Shown in pieces: positions 20,743 through 29,434 of a stretch of DNA of 64,000 nt. Numbering within the stretch: the stretch's first letter is position 1; each line of letters opens with the position of its first letter. The DNA lies in IMG/VR virus record IMGVR_UViG_3300042402_002564, positions 182,503 to 246,502 of that record; one strand, 5' to 3'. The notes below the pieces were generated by a model that was not told the DNA's origin, searched no databases, and saw only the letters and a list, made by a program, of their open reading frames with translations. Made by a program: the position numbers and the translations under genes.

Positions 20743-21587
20743 AAAATAAATTAAAAAATATGCCAAAAGTCTATTATTTTAATTTAGATAATAGAACAGA
20801 TAGAAAAAAATATATGGAAAAACAATTTGATAGGTGGGGCATAAACTATCAAAGAGTATCTGGAACCAAATACCTAGCTTCAAAAAACAAAGAATGGAAG
20901 CATTTAATTATTGATGTAAAAAACTACAAATTGTTAGTTCCTATTGCAGCAAATGCTATTTCTCATTTGGAGTTTTTAAAAAAATGGTATGAAGAAACAA
21001 CAGATCCGTATGTTCTGTTGATGGAAGATGATTATGATTTAAATCTAATAGAATATTGGCATTTTGATTGGGATTACTTAATGTCTAGACTTCCATATGA
21101 TTGGGATTGTCTGCAGTTGGGATTTGAGAATCCAATAGGAATACCTTTTTATCTACATCCAATGGCAACATCTCATGATTTTGGACCATGCTTACTTAAT
21201 AGGGATTATGTATACAAACTAATATCCTTGCATTGTGTTGATGATAAGTACAAACTAATTAATACCATATCTAATGGTGCTTGGAATGCTGAGGAAGGTG
21301 GATGTGGATCTGGAACAGTAGATTACTTTATATGTCATTGTGGTAAAACTTATTCCATACCATTAATAACAATAAATCCATCTTTTGGTAGTTTTGAGAA
21401 TAATAGTTTACTTCAAAAACTCTATAGAAATAATGGCGATGTGATGGCTAGAAATACATATTATTATTGGTGGCAAAATGAAAGGGATAAGTTTACTTTA
21501 GATGATTTTTTTACTTATGGAAAAAAACATGATCGCAAAATGATATTAGACCAAAAACAATATGGAAACTATAGACCTAAAAAATAA
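20733..21587 (+). CDS. Glycosyltransferase family 25-like, paralogue 3
   Basis: YFNLDNRTDR, SH, MEDD, LPYDWDCLQL. Confidence 0.82.
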   Translation: MDLKNKLKNMPKVYYFNLDNRTDRKKYMEKQFDRWGINYQRVSGTKYLASKNKEWKHLIIDVKNYKLLVPIAANAISHLEFLKKWYEETTDPYVLLMEDDYDLNLIEYWHFDWDYLMSRLPYDWDCLQLGFENPIGIPFYLHPMATSHDFGPCLLNRDYVYKLISLHCVDDKYKLINTISNGAWNAEEGGCGSGTVDYFICHCGKTYSIPLITINPSFGSFENNSLLQKLYRNNGDVMARNTYYYWWQNERDKFTLDDFFTYGKKHDRKMILDQKQYGNYRPKK

Positions 21588-22467
21588 ATTAAAAGGGTTT
21601 CCCCATGTTTATTATTTTAATCTTGACCAAAAAAGAGATCGTAAAAAATATATGGAAACCCAATTTGAACGTTGGGGGATAGAATATACTAGAATGTCAT
21701 CTAACATATATTCTATATGGAATTATGATGATTGGACCACAAATAAAGTAACTGGCGATAAAAGTGATACTGATCAAAGACTTTATGCTCCAGCAATGAT
21801 GCATTTTGAGTTATTTAAAAGATGGTTACATGATACAGATGAAGAATACATTCTCGTAATGGAAGATGATTATGATTTAAATTTAATTGAATACTGGCAT
21901 TTTGATTGGAATTATTTGATGTCTAAATTGCCTTATGATTGGGATTGTATTCAATTAGGATTTGAAACTTCAAATGTAATATCATTTTATCTTCATCCAG
22001 TAAAAGAAGACTATTCTTTTGGACCCTGCTTGTTTAAAAGAGAATATGTAGAGAAACTTTTAAGACTTCATTCTGAGGGATTTAAATATAGGTTTGATTT
22101 TAATATTTCTAATTGTCATTGGAGAGATAGACGAAATTATAAAAATGCTGCAGGTTCTTTGGAATATTTTATGTGTCAATCTGGAAGAACTTATTCAATT
22201 CCATTAATTGCATTAAACCCTTATTTTAGTTTTTGGTACTATAAAGATAAATGGATACCTAAATCTTATTTTCAAATGTGCTATGATTCTTATTATGATT
22301 GGTGGCAGAATGATAGAGATAAGTTTACTTTGGATGAATTTTTTACTTATGGAAAAGTAAATGATAAAATTATGGAAAGAAATCTCGAATATTGTGACAC
22401 TAAATATTTTGAAGAAAAGACCAAAGTATGTAGAGAAAAATTCTTGAAAAAATATGGATTTAAGTAA
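21562..22467 (+). CDS. Glycosyltransferase family 25-like, paralogue 4
   Basis: YFNLDQKRDR, MEDD, LPYDWDCIQL. Confidence 0.82.
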   Translation: METIDLKNKLKGFPHVYYFNLDQKRDRKKYMETQFERWGIEYTRMSSNIYSIWNYDDWTTNKVTGDKSDTDQRLYAPAMMHFELFKRWLHDTDEEYILVMEDDYDLNLIEYWHFDWNYLMSKLPYDWDCIQLGFETSNVISFYLHPVKEDYSFGPCLFKREYVEKLLRLHSEGFKYRFDFNISNCHWRDRRNYKNAAGSLEYFMCQSGRTYSIPLIALNPYFSFWYYKDKWIPKSYFQMCYDSYYDWWQNDRDKFTLDEFFTYGKVNDKIMERNLEYCDTKYFEEKTKVCREKFLKKYGFK

Positions 22468-23254
22468 TAAGTTATTCGGAATACCAAAAGTATATTATTT
22501 TAATTATGATGAGCACAAAAACAGAAATTACCATATGGATAGAAATCTTGGTAATTTAAAGGTTGCTAATTATGAAAGAATTTCGGCATCAAAATATACA
22601 TCCAAAAATTATGATGAATGGAAAAATTTAATCATAGATGTTGAGAATTATAAGTTAACACCAAATATTGCTGGATATGCAATCACAGTATTAGAATTTT
22701 TAAAAAAGTGGTTGGAGGAAACTGATGAAACAGAATTAATAATAACAAAAGATACTATTGATTTTGATTTAATTGAATATTGGAAATTTGATTGGAATTA
22801 TTTAAAATTTAGACTTCCTTATGATTGGGATTGTATTCAACTTGGATTTGAGAATTCTCAATACATACCATTTTATTTACATCCAATACTTCCTTCTAGT
22901 ACTTTTGGTCCATCGTTACTCAATAGATATTATGTAAAAAAAATAGTTAAATTGCATTGTATTGGTAGTCAATATAAACTGAATAATTATATTGCAAATA
23001 TGTATTTTAGCGGACAATCGGGAACAGTTGATTATTTCATTGGGCACAACGGAAATACTTATTCGATGCCATTATTTCCAAATAAACCAGAATTCTTTGA
23101 TAAAAATACTAAAAAATATGTTCTAGTTTATATCTGTAAAAATGCATATCATGAATGGTGGAAGAAAGAAAGTAGCAAATTTAATCTAGATGAGATATTT
23201 ACTTACGGAAAATATAATGATATTGGAATGGTAAAAAAACTTCGTAAAAAATAA
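22454..23254 (+). CDS. Glycosyltransferase family 25-like, paralogue 5 (EDD motif degenerate)
   Basis: Same scaffold (LPYDWDCIQL) but TKDT in place of MEDD. Confidence 0.72.
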   Translation: MDLSNKLFGIPKVYYFNYDEHKNRNYHMDRNLGNLKVANYERISASKYTSKNYDEWKNLIIDVENYKLTPNIAGYAITVLEFLKKWLEETDETELIITKDTIDFDLIEYWKFDWNYLKFRLPYDWDCIQLGFENSQYIPFYLHPILPSSTFGPSLLNRYYVKKIVKLHCIGSQYKLNNYIANMYFSGQSGTVDYFIGHNGNTYSMPLFPNKPEFFDKNTKKYVLVYICKNAYHEWWKKESSKFNLDEIFTYGKYNDIGMVKKLRKK

Positions 23255-23262
23255 TTAAAATT

Positions 23263-24081
23263 ATGAATATTAATCTGTCAAACAAGTTAAAAGGGCTTCC
23301 TCATATCTATTATGTAAATTTGGATAATAGAACTGATAGAAAAAAATATATGGAATCCCAGTTTGATTTTTGGAGAATAAAAGATTATACTAGAGTGTCT
23401 TCTTCAAAATACTTAGCATCTGAGTCTGAATCTTGGGCAAATAAAGTTATTGATGGGAGCATAAAAAATTTATCCTCATATGTTGTTGGTAATGCAATAA
23501 CCCACTTAGAACTTCTAAAAGATTGGGTTAATAATTCTAGCGATGATTATGTGATATTAATGGAAGATGATTATGATTTGAATTTAATACAGTATTGGAA
23601 ATTTGATTGGCAATACCTTATGTCTAGGTTGCCTTATGACTGGGACTGTATTCAATTGGGATTTGAATCAAAAGAATTTATTCCATTTTTTCTACATCCA
23701 AAATTAAGACATAGTTATTTTGGACCTGTTATGATTACTAGAGAATATGCTAAAAAGATATTAAGATTGCATTGTGTTGGGGAAGATAAGTATTCTTTAG
23801 ATAAATTGATGGGAGATTATAATTTTAAAGTTTGTTCTACTTCAGTAGATTATTTTATGGGACATACTGGCAGAACATATTCTATTCCATTGATAACTAC
23901 AAATGTTGATCTTGGTAGCACTGAAAGTGACATACAAATAGAGAGGCGTCATCATGTTAAATCCAGAGCCGCATATTATTATTGGTGGATGAAGAGAAGT
24001 ATGAAATATAGTTTAGATGAATTTTTTACCTATGGAAAACCAAACGATCAAGAGATGGTTATTAGTACGGTTGACTATTAA
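23263..24081 (+). CDS. Glycosyltransferase family 25-like, paralogue 6
   Basis: YVNLDNRTDR, TH, MEDD, LPYDWDCIQL. Confidence 0.82.
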   Translation: MNINLSNKLKGLPHIYYVNLDNRTDRKKYMESQFDFWRIKDYTRVSSSKYLASESESWANKVIDGSIKNLSSYVVGNAITHLELLKDWVNNSSDDYVILMEDDYDLNLIQYWKFDWQYLMSRLPYDWDCIQLGFESKEFIPFFLHPKLRHSYFGPVMITREYAKKILRLHCVGEDKYSLDKLMGDYNFKVCSTSVDYFMGHTGRTYSIPLITTNVDLGSTESDIQIERRHHVKSRAAYYYWWMKRSMKYSLDEFFTYGKPNDQEMVISTVDY

Positions 24082-24111
24082 ATAAAAAATGATTATAATG
24101 TCTTTATTTAA

Positions 24112-25086
24112 ATGTATAGTACTAATGAGTGGGGAAAATTAAAAAAAATTGTAGTTGGTGTTGCTGACTATGCTGTAGTTCCCCCAGTTGATAAAAGTTT
24201 GCGGACTATTAACTATGCTGATCTTAAGGATACTTCTGAAATCAAGGTTGGACCATATCCAGAGCAAGTAATTGAAGAAGCAAATGAAGATTTAGAAATA
24301 CTTGTAGATTTTTTAAAGTCTCAAGATGTAGAAGTATTGAGACCAAAAAGAGAAAAAACAGATTATTATAACTATTGCCCAAGAGATTGTGTATTCGTTC
24401 ATGGTGAAGTTGCATTAGCGACACCAATGCCATTAAGATCCAGATTGGGTAATTGGAGATCTTATTCTCATCATTTGACCGATGTTATTGAAATGCCTTG
24501 TTGTTATTTCGATGATCTTTACAATGAAGAATGTGTTGGAAATCCAGACATTCTTGCATTGACTGAAGTAACTCCTGCATTTGATGCCGCCAATATAATT
24601 CGTGCAAATAATGAGATTTTATATCTGGTATCAAATAGTGGAAATGTTGCGGGTGCAAAATATTTACAATCACTTTTGGATGAACATTATGATGGAGAAG
24701 TTCAGGTAAATCTTCTCCAAAATGTATATTCATATGTTCATATTGATACTACTATTGCATTTTTAAGAGAAGGTCTTTTACTTGCAAATCCAAGTAGAAT
24801 AAAAGATAAAGATGATTTGCCTGAACCATTTAATGAGTGGGAAATAATTTGGTGCCCAGAACCTGTAGACACTGGATACTATCCAGGTTATAATCATGCA
24901 TCACCTTGGTCCAATATGAACTTGCTTAGTGTTAGTCATGAGTTAGTAGTCTTGGAAGAACATCAACATCCAACTAGACAAGTATTGGAAAGATATGGGA
25001 TTGAGTGTGCTATGCTTCCCATGAGACAACAAAGAACATTAAGTGGTGGATTTCATTGCGTAACTTTAGACCTTGAGAGAGAATAA
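24112..25086 (+). CDS. Amidinotransferase (AGAT/StrB1-like)
   Basis: NEWGKL..IVVG, CPRD, FDAA, SGN..G, HIDTT, GGFHC; Asp-His-Cys triad intact. Confidence 0.9.
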   Translation: MYSTNEWGKLKKIVVGVADYAVVPPVDKSLRTINYADLKDTSEIKVGPYPEQVIEEANEDLEILVDFLKSQDVEVLRPKREKTDYYNYCPRDCVFVHGEVALATPMPLRSRLGNWRSYSHHLTDVIEMPCCYFDDLYNEECVGNPDILALTEVTPAFDAANIIRANNEILYLVSNSGNVAGAKYLQSLLDEHYDGEVQVNLLQNVYSYVHIDTTIAFLREGLLLANPSRIKDKDDLPEPFNEWEIIWCPEPVDTGYYPGYNHASPWSNMNLLSVSHELVVLEEHQHPTRQVLERYGIECAMLPMRQQRTLSGGFHCVTLDLERE

Positions 25087-25088
25087 TT

Positions 25089-26306
25089 ATGGAAATTGGA
25101 TTTATTGGATTGGGTAAATTGGGTATGGCATGTGCGGAAGAAATAGTTCTGCATGGGCATAATGTATATGGGTATGATATTTGTGATAAAAATAGTAACC
25201 TAGTACAAGTTAAAAAAAGTATTGAGGATGTTGTAAAAATTAGCGATATTGTTTTTATTGCTGTTCCAACTCCCCATGATCCAGAATATGATGGTAGTAA
25301 GCCATGTATGGACTTGAATCCAAAAGATTTTAGTTATGACATTGTAAAGGAGTGTTTGATTGAATCAAATTGTTATATGAATAAGAATCAACTTTTGGTT
25401 CTTATTTCTACAGTTCTTCCTGGAACAACTAGAAATCAATTTTCGAGATTAGTCCAGAATACTCGATTTGTTTATAATCCATATCTTATTGCAATGGGGT
25501 CTGTTGCTTGGGATATGGTCAACCCAGAAATGGTAATGATTGGTACTGAAGATGGTACTGAAACTGGGGATGCTAAACAACTCATTGAATTCTATAAAAC
25601 TGTTATGGAAAATGATCCCCCATATGTTGTTGGTACGTGGGATGAATGTGAATGTATTAAAGTTTTTTATAATACATTTATTAGCAACAAAATTAGTTTT
25701 GTGAATATGATACAAGATGTTGCCGAAAAATCTAAGAATATTAATGTTGATGTTGTTACAAGTGCGTTATGCCTTGGTGCATCTAGAATCATTAGTCCTC
25801 ATTATATGAAGGCAGGAATGGGTGATGGTGGTGCTTGCCATCCAAGAGATAATATTGCCCTCCGTTATCTTGCAGAAAAACTAGATCTGGGGTATGATTT
25901 CTTTGAAGGAATTATGCGTTCTAGAGAAGTTCAAGCAAAAAATCTTGCTAAAAAGTTAGTTGAACTTGCTGGCGATGTCCTACCAATTGTCATTCATGGA
26001 AAAGCATATAAACCAAAGGTTCCTTATATTGATGGGAGTTATAGTCTTTTAGTTGGGCATTATTGTGCTGAGATGGGCAAACCACCAATTTATGTTGACA
26101 AATATACTGGAGACGAATATACTCCTGATGGTCCTGCAGTTTTTCTTCTTGCTCACAGTGCATCTACAACTTACTGGCATGATGAGAGTAATGATGAACT
26201 TTATTGCAATATTCCAAAAGGAAGTGTTGTTCTGGATCCGTGGAGAAAATTTAAGTCAAATGATGTTAACGTAATTTATTACGGCAACACTCGATTTGGT
26301 TCTTGA
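25089..26306 (+). CDS. UDP-glucose/GDP-mannose dehydrogenase family protein
   Basis: GLGKLG Rossmann, AVPTP, STVLPGT, KVFYNT, GGACHPRD. Confidence 0.9.
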   Translation: MEIGFIGLGKLGMACAEEIVLHGHNVYGYDICDKNSNLVQVKKSIEDVVKISDIVFIAVPTPHDPEYDGSKPCMDLNPKDFSYDIVKECLIESNCYMNKNQLLVLISTVLPGTTRNQFSRLVQNTRFVYNPYLIAMGSVAWDMVNPEMVMIGTEDGTETGDAKQLIEFYKTVMENDPPYVVGTWDECECIKVFYNTFISNKISFVNMIQDVAEKSKNINVDVVTSALCLGASRIISPHYMKAGMGDGGACHPRDNIALRYLAEKLDLGYDFFEGIMRSREVQAKNLAKKLVELAGDVLPIVIHGKAYKPKVPYIDGSYSLLVGHYCAEMGKPPIYVDKYTGDEYTPDGPAVFLLAHSASTTYWHDESNDELYCNIPKGSVVLDPWRKFKSNDVNVIYYGNTRFGS

Positions 26307-26353
26307 CTAGACATTCAAAATCTGTTATTCTTTTAAAGAGAATCTAAAAACCT

Positions 26354-26764
26354 ATGCAAATCATTGATACAAAAAAATATATTGAATTTGTTCGCCAAAC
26401 TACAAGTCCTGCAAGTAGCGACTTTACACAACTTCTTTCCCGAATGACCGAACTTGAGGCAACTCATGATGCCGATGTTCCTCGTTTGATTACAGCAGCT
26501 TTTGGTATGAGTGCCGAAGCTGGAGAGTTTACTGAAGTGGTTAAAAAAATTATTCTTCAAGGTAAACCTTATAATGAAGAAAATGCCTTCCACTTAAAAC
26601 GTGAACTTGGTGATATTTGTTGGTATCTTGCTCAAGCGTGTATGGCACTTGATACTAATTTTGAAGAAATCCTTCAAATGAATTATGAAAAGTTAAGTGC
26701 TCGTTATCCAGAAGGAACATTTGATGTTTACCGTTCCGAAAATAGGGTAGAAGGAGATCTCTGA
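26354..26764 (+). CDS. mazG: MazG-like nucleotide pyrophosphohydrolase
   Basis: AEAGEFTEVVKK...ELGDICWY...N.EKL.ARYP. Confidence 0.92.
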   Translation: MQIIDTKKYIEFVRQTTSPASSDFTQLLSRMTELEATHDADVPRLITAAFGMSAEAGEFTEVVKKIILQGKPYNEENAFHLKRELGDICWYLAQACMALDTNFEEILQMNYEKLSARYPEGTFDVYRSENRVEGDL

Positions 26765-26825
26765 TAATATGCCTCCCATATTGGGAGGTTTTTTTATAAA
26801 TATTTTTATAAAAAGAATTAGGAAA

Positions 26826-27452
26826 ATGGATTTTTGTAACCCAGACGGAATGAGAGATTTGTACAACTCTCTATATCTTTCAGAAGAAGTTGATATTGAA
26901 GAAGGTAAGAAAGAGTTTCCTTCTGCTAAGGTTGCTAAACAAGAGGAAAAGCATAGAAAAGCAGCTGTTTCTCAAAAAGGTGGTAGTAGAGGTTCTTCTA
27001 AAAATCGTGCAATGAAGATGAGTTCAATTCGTGGTGCTATAGAACGTGGAGAAGATCCAAGAGCAGATGGATATGGTGGTGCTCGTGCTGCTCGCGGAAA
27101 TCCACCTGAAGACCATCGTGCGGCATTTTCAAAAAATCCTTTAAACAATCCTCCAAGACCAGTTAAAAAACCTGGAGTTAATAAAGAGGAATTTGACGCT
27201 ATTGTAGAATATTTGTTTGTTGAAGGTTATGCTGATACTTTTGAATCTGCAGAATTAATGGCAGAAAATATTAGTGAAGTTTGGATTGATGAAATTCTTG
27301 AAGCATATAAAGAGTTTCCAACTGCAAAAGTAATGAATAAAGCAGGAAAACTTATGGGTTCTTCTGCTGGTAAAACTGATTCCGCAAGTAAGAAGAAAGA
27401 AAAGCGTGGTATTAAGATGATGGATACAATGATGCAGCACACACCAGATTGA
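26826..27452 (+). CDS. Charged putative internal head protein
   Basis: Late promoter TATAAATA at 26795; K/R-rich; EGYA.T.E.A..M..N.SE.W domain shared with 39642 ORF. Confidence 0.6.
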   Translation: MDFCNPDGMRDLYNSLYLSEEVDIEEGKKEFPSAKVAKQEEKHRKAAVSQKGGSRGSSKNRAMKMSSIRGAIERGEDPRADGYGGARAARGNPPEDHRAAFSKNPLNNPPRPVKKPGVNKEEFDAIVEYLFVEGYADTFESAELMAENISEVWIDEILEAYKEFPTAKVMNKAGKLMGSSAGKTDSASKKKEKRGIKMMDTMMQHTPD

Positions 27453-27481
27453 TAATAAATAAAATATAATTTTTGTCCCCC

Positions 27482-27510
27482 TTGACAAAAGTTGAGGGGG
27501 ACTTTATAAT
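27482..27510 (+). promoter_or_regulatory. Sigma70-type promoter for tRNA-Ala/Leu
   Basis: TTGACA-17 nt-TATAAT perfect consensus. Confidence 0.85.
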
Positions 27511-27519
27511 ATGGAGTAT

Positions 27520-27590
27520 GGGGGATTAGTTTAGTGGTAAAACGGGTGCTTTGCAAGCATCAATCACCAGTTCGACTCTGGTATTCTCCA
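27520..27590 (+). tRNA. tRNA-Ala(UGC)
   Basis: Cloverleaf, anticodon TGC, G3:U70, A73. Confidence 0.92.
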
Positions 27591-27593
27591 TAT

Positions 27594-27676
27594 GCCTAAG
27601 TGGTGGAATGGTAGACACAGCGGACTTAGAATCCGCCGCCTTAAAAAGCGTGGAAGTTCGAATCTTCTCTTGGGCA
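27594..27676 (+). tRNA. tRNA-Leu(UAG)
   Basis: gcgga-CTTAGAA-tccgc, long variable arm. Confidence 0.92.
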
Positions 27677-27708
27677 CTAAATATTTTAAATGCAGTTAAA
27701 ATTCCAAA

Positions 27709-28788
27709 ATGGAACTAAGGGGTGCAAAGACTATAATAGATGATTTAAAAAAACACTTAAAAAGTAGGAATAAAATAAAAATAGATATTCAAGGTGATTA
27801 TGCATATAAAACTAACACCAAACAAACCACATTTGTAATTATAAAATCTAATGATAGGTCTGACACTTTAGAAGTAGTTACTGATGCTTTAACAGATATT
27901 GGGGTAAAATATATTGAAGGGAGAGTTACAGGAAGTTCTTTTCCTGGATTGACAATAACTGATTTTAAAAAATTTGGTAAAAGAGAAAAAGAAATAAGAA
28001 TATTATTTAAATTTCCAGATGGTGCAGATTCAAAATCTTATAATATTTGGAATGAGTTATTAGATAAGCATGTTTTTCCTAAGAATTCTAGTTTGAAAAG
28101 GCAACCATCCAATAACTATGAATTAAATGTTTTGAGATTAATTAATTCTAAAATACAAGAAAGTGGTAACGGAAAACCAATCGATATTAAAATAAAAAAT
28201 AAAACATATAAAAATATTGCTGGATTTGTTGGTGGAGTTGGAACAAAAAAAGCAGATTTTGTTGTAATAGATTATGATGGAAATGAAGTATGCTTTATTT
28301 CATATAAAAGTGGATCCACCTCATTAGATTTCCAGCAATATGGGGGAATAACTCAAAGGTCTGGAGATATTATATCTAATCATCCAGAGGTTAAAAAATT
28401 TAATGAAGATGTTGTGAATAACTGGGAAAGTTTATCTGATGATTATACTACTTTACATAGAAAAATATCTGATAGAAATTTAAAAAAACAATCTGTATTT
28501 GGTAAAGATTATAAAAAAGCATCTGGATATGATAGCGTAGATTTTTTTATTCAGGGGGATCCTAGATTTTCAGTAAGGGGATCTGTTTTACATATTATGT
28601 TCTCTACTAAAATTGTTAGAAAAGGTGATTTATCTGGATTATCTAGAGATTATGATCCAGTTTTAGGTGCTAGAACTGGTGAAAGATATAGAAAGATAAC
28701 TTATAATGGAAGAACCATATATGGAGTTAGAGGTGGTATTTGGACCAAAGGATATATAGTATCTAGAAGAAAAAATAAAGAAATTTAA
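27709..28788 (+). CDS. Hypothetical protein with putative PD-(D/E)XK nuclease domain
   Basis: KKADFVVID...FISYK...FQQYGG motif. Confidence 0.5.
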   Translation: MELRGAKTIIDDLKKHLKSRNKIKIDIQGDYAYKTNTKQTTFVIIKSNDRSDTLEVVTDALTDIGVKYIEGRVTGSSFPGLTITDFKKFGKREKEIRILFKFPDGADSKSYNIWNELLDKHVFPKNSSLKRQPSNNYELNVLRLINSKIQESGNGKPIDIKIKNKTYKNIAGFVGGVGTKKADFVVIDYDGNEVCFISYKSGSTSLDFQQYGGITQRSGDIISNHPEVKKFNEDVVNNWESLSDDYTTLHRKISDRNLKKQSVFGKDYKKASGYDSVDFFIQGDPRFSVRGSVLHIMFSTKIVRKGDLSGLSRDYDPVLGARTGERYRKITYNGRTIYGVRGGIWTKGYIVSRRKNKEI

Positions 28789-28821
28789 TCAGTTCATAAA
28801 TATTAGTATATCAAAACAAAT

Positions 28822-29412
28822 ATGAAAAGCTTCTCTCAATTTTTAAATGAATCTAATAAATCTCTTGCCGCAATTCACGGTAAGAGATTAGGTCTCGTGC
28901 CAGATGGGCATGGTGGATTTTATGACAAAAAAACTGGAGAATTTATAGCCAAGAACGAAGGTGGTAGATTAAAATTCTATAATCAAAATCAAATTATTGG
29001 AGAACCAGATCCTAAACAAATTAGAACACCCGCTAATCAAAGACCTGTTTCGACTCAAACTTTCTCTAAAAAAATAAAAAAAGAAAATTATATACCTGAT
29101 AGACAGGATGAACAGATACTAAGAGAAAAATATATTTCAAGAGAAATATTCAATGAGGGTTCAATAGTTGAGAATTTAAACACAGGTATGGTTGGTAAAA
29201 TAATTCGTAGAGGAACGAATTATTTAATTTGTGTTACTGAAGATAATAATATGTTCAAGTCTTGGATAAAAGATGTTGTTGAGTGGACTGAAAAATCTGG
29301 TGTTCCTGCGGATAAAAGAGAAATAGGAACAGATTCTTTTAGAAAATATGCAATGAAAATGACTGATACTAAAAGAATAAAGAATTTCATAAATAAATAT
29401 AAGGCAAATTAA
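28822..29412 (+). CDS. Putative internal head protein resembling the termini of the cyanophage cytidyltransferase-like protein
   Basis: MKSFSQFLNE start, DGHGG, VENLNTG..G.IIRRGTNYLICVTED..MFKSWI; no HxGH motif. Confidence 0.55.
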   Translation: MKSFSQFLNESNKSLAAIHGKRLGLVPDGHGGFYDKKTGEFIAKNEGGRLKFYNQNQIIGEPDPKQIRTPANQRPVSTQTFSKKIKKENYIPDRQDEQILREKYISREIFNEGSIVENLNTGMVGKIIRRGTNYLICVTEDNNMFKSWIKDVVEWTEKSGVPADKREIGTDSFRKYAMKMTDTKRIKNFINKYKAN

Positions 29413-29434
29413 AGTAAATTTAATTTTTAATACA

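Noticed and set aside
19004-24081. Repeated DNA words (e.g. ccttatgattgggattgt) as a CRISPR or DGR repeat
   Set aside because: They are conserved codons of GT25 paralogues about 850 nt apart; no spacer array or reverse transcriptase
24112-25086. Cyanotoxin (saxitoxin/cylindrospermopsin) gene cluster
   Set aside because: No PKS/NRPS or other sxt/cyr genes; the context is glycosyltransferases
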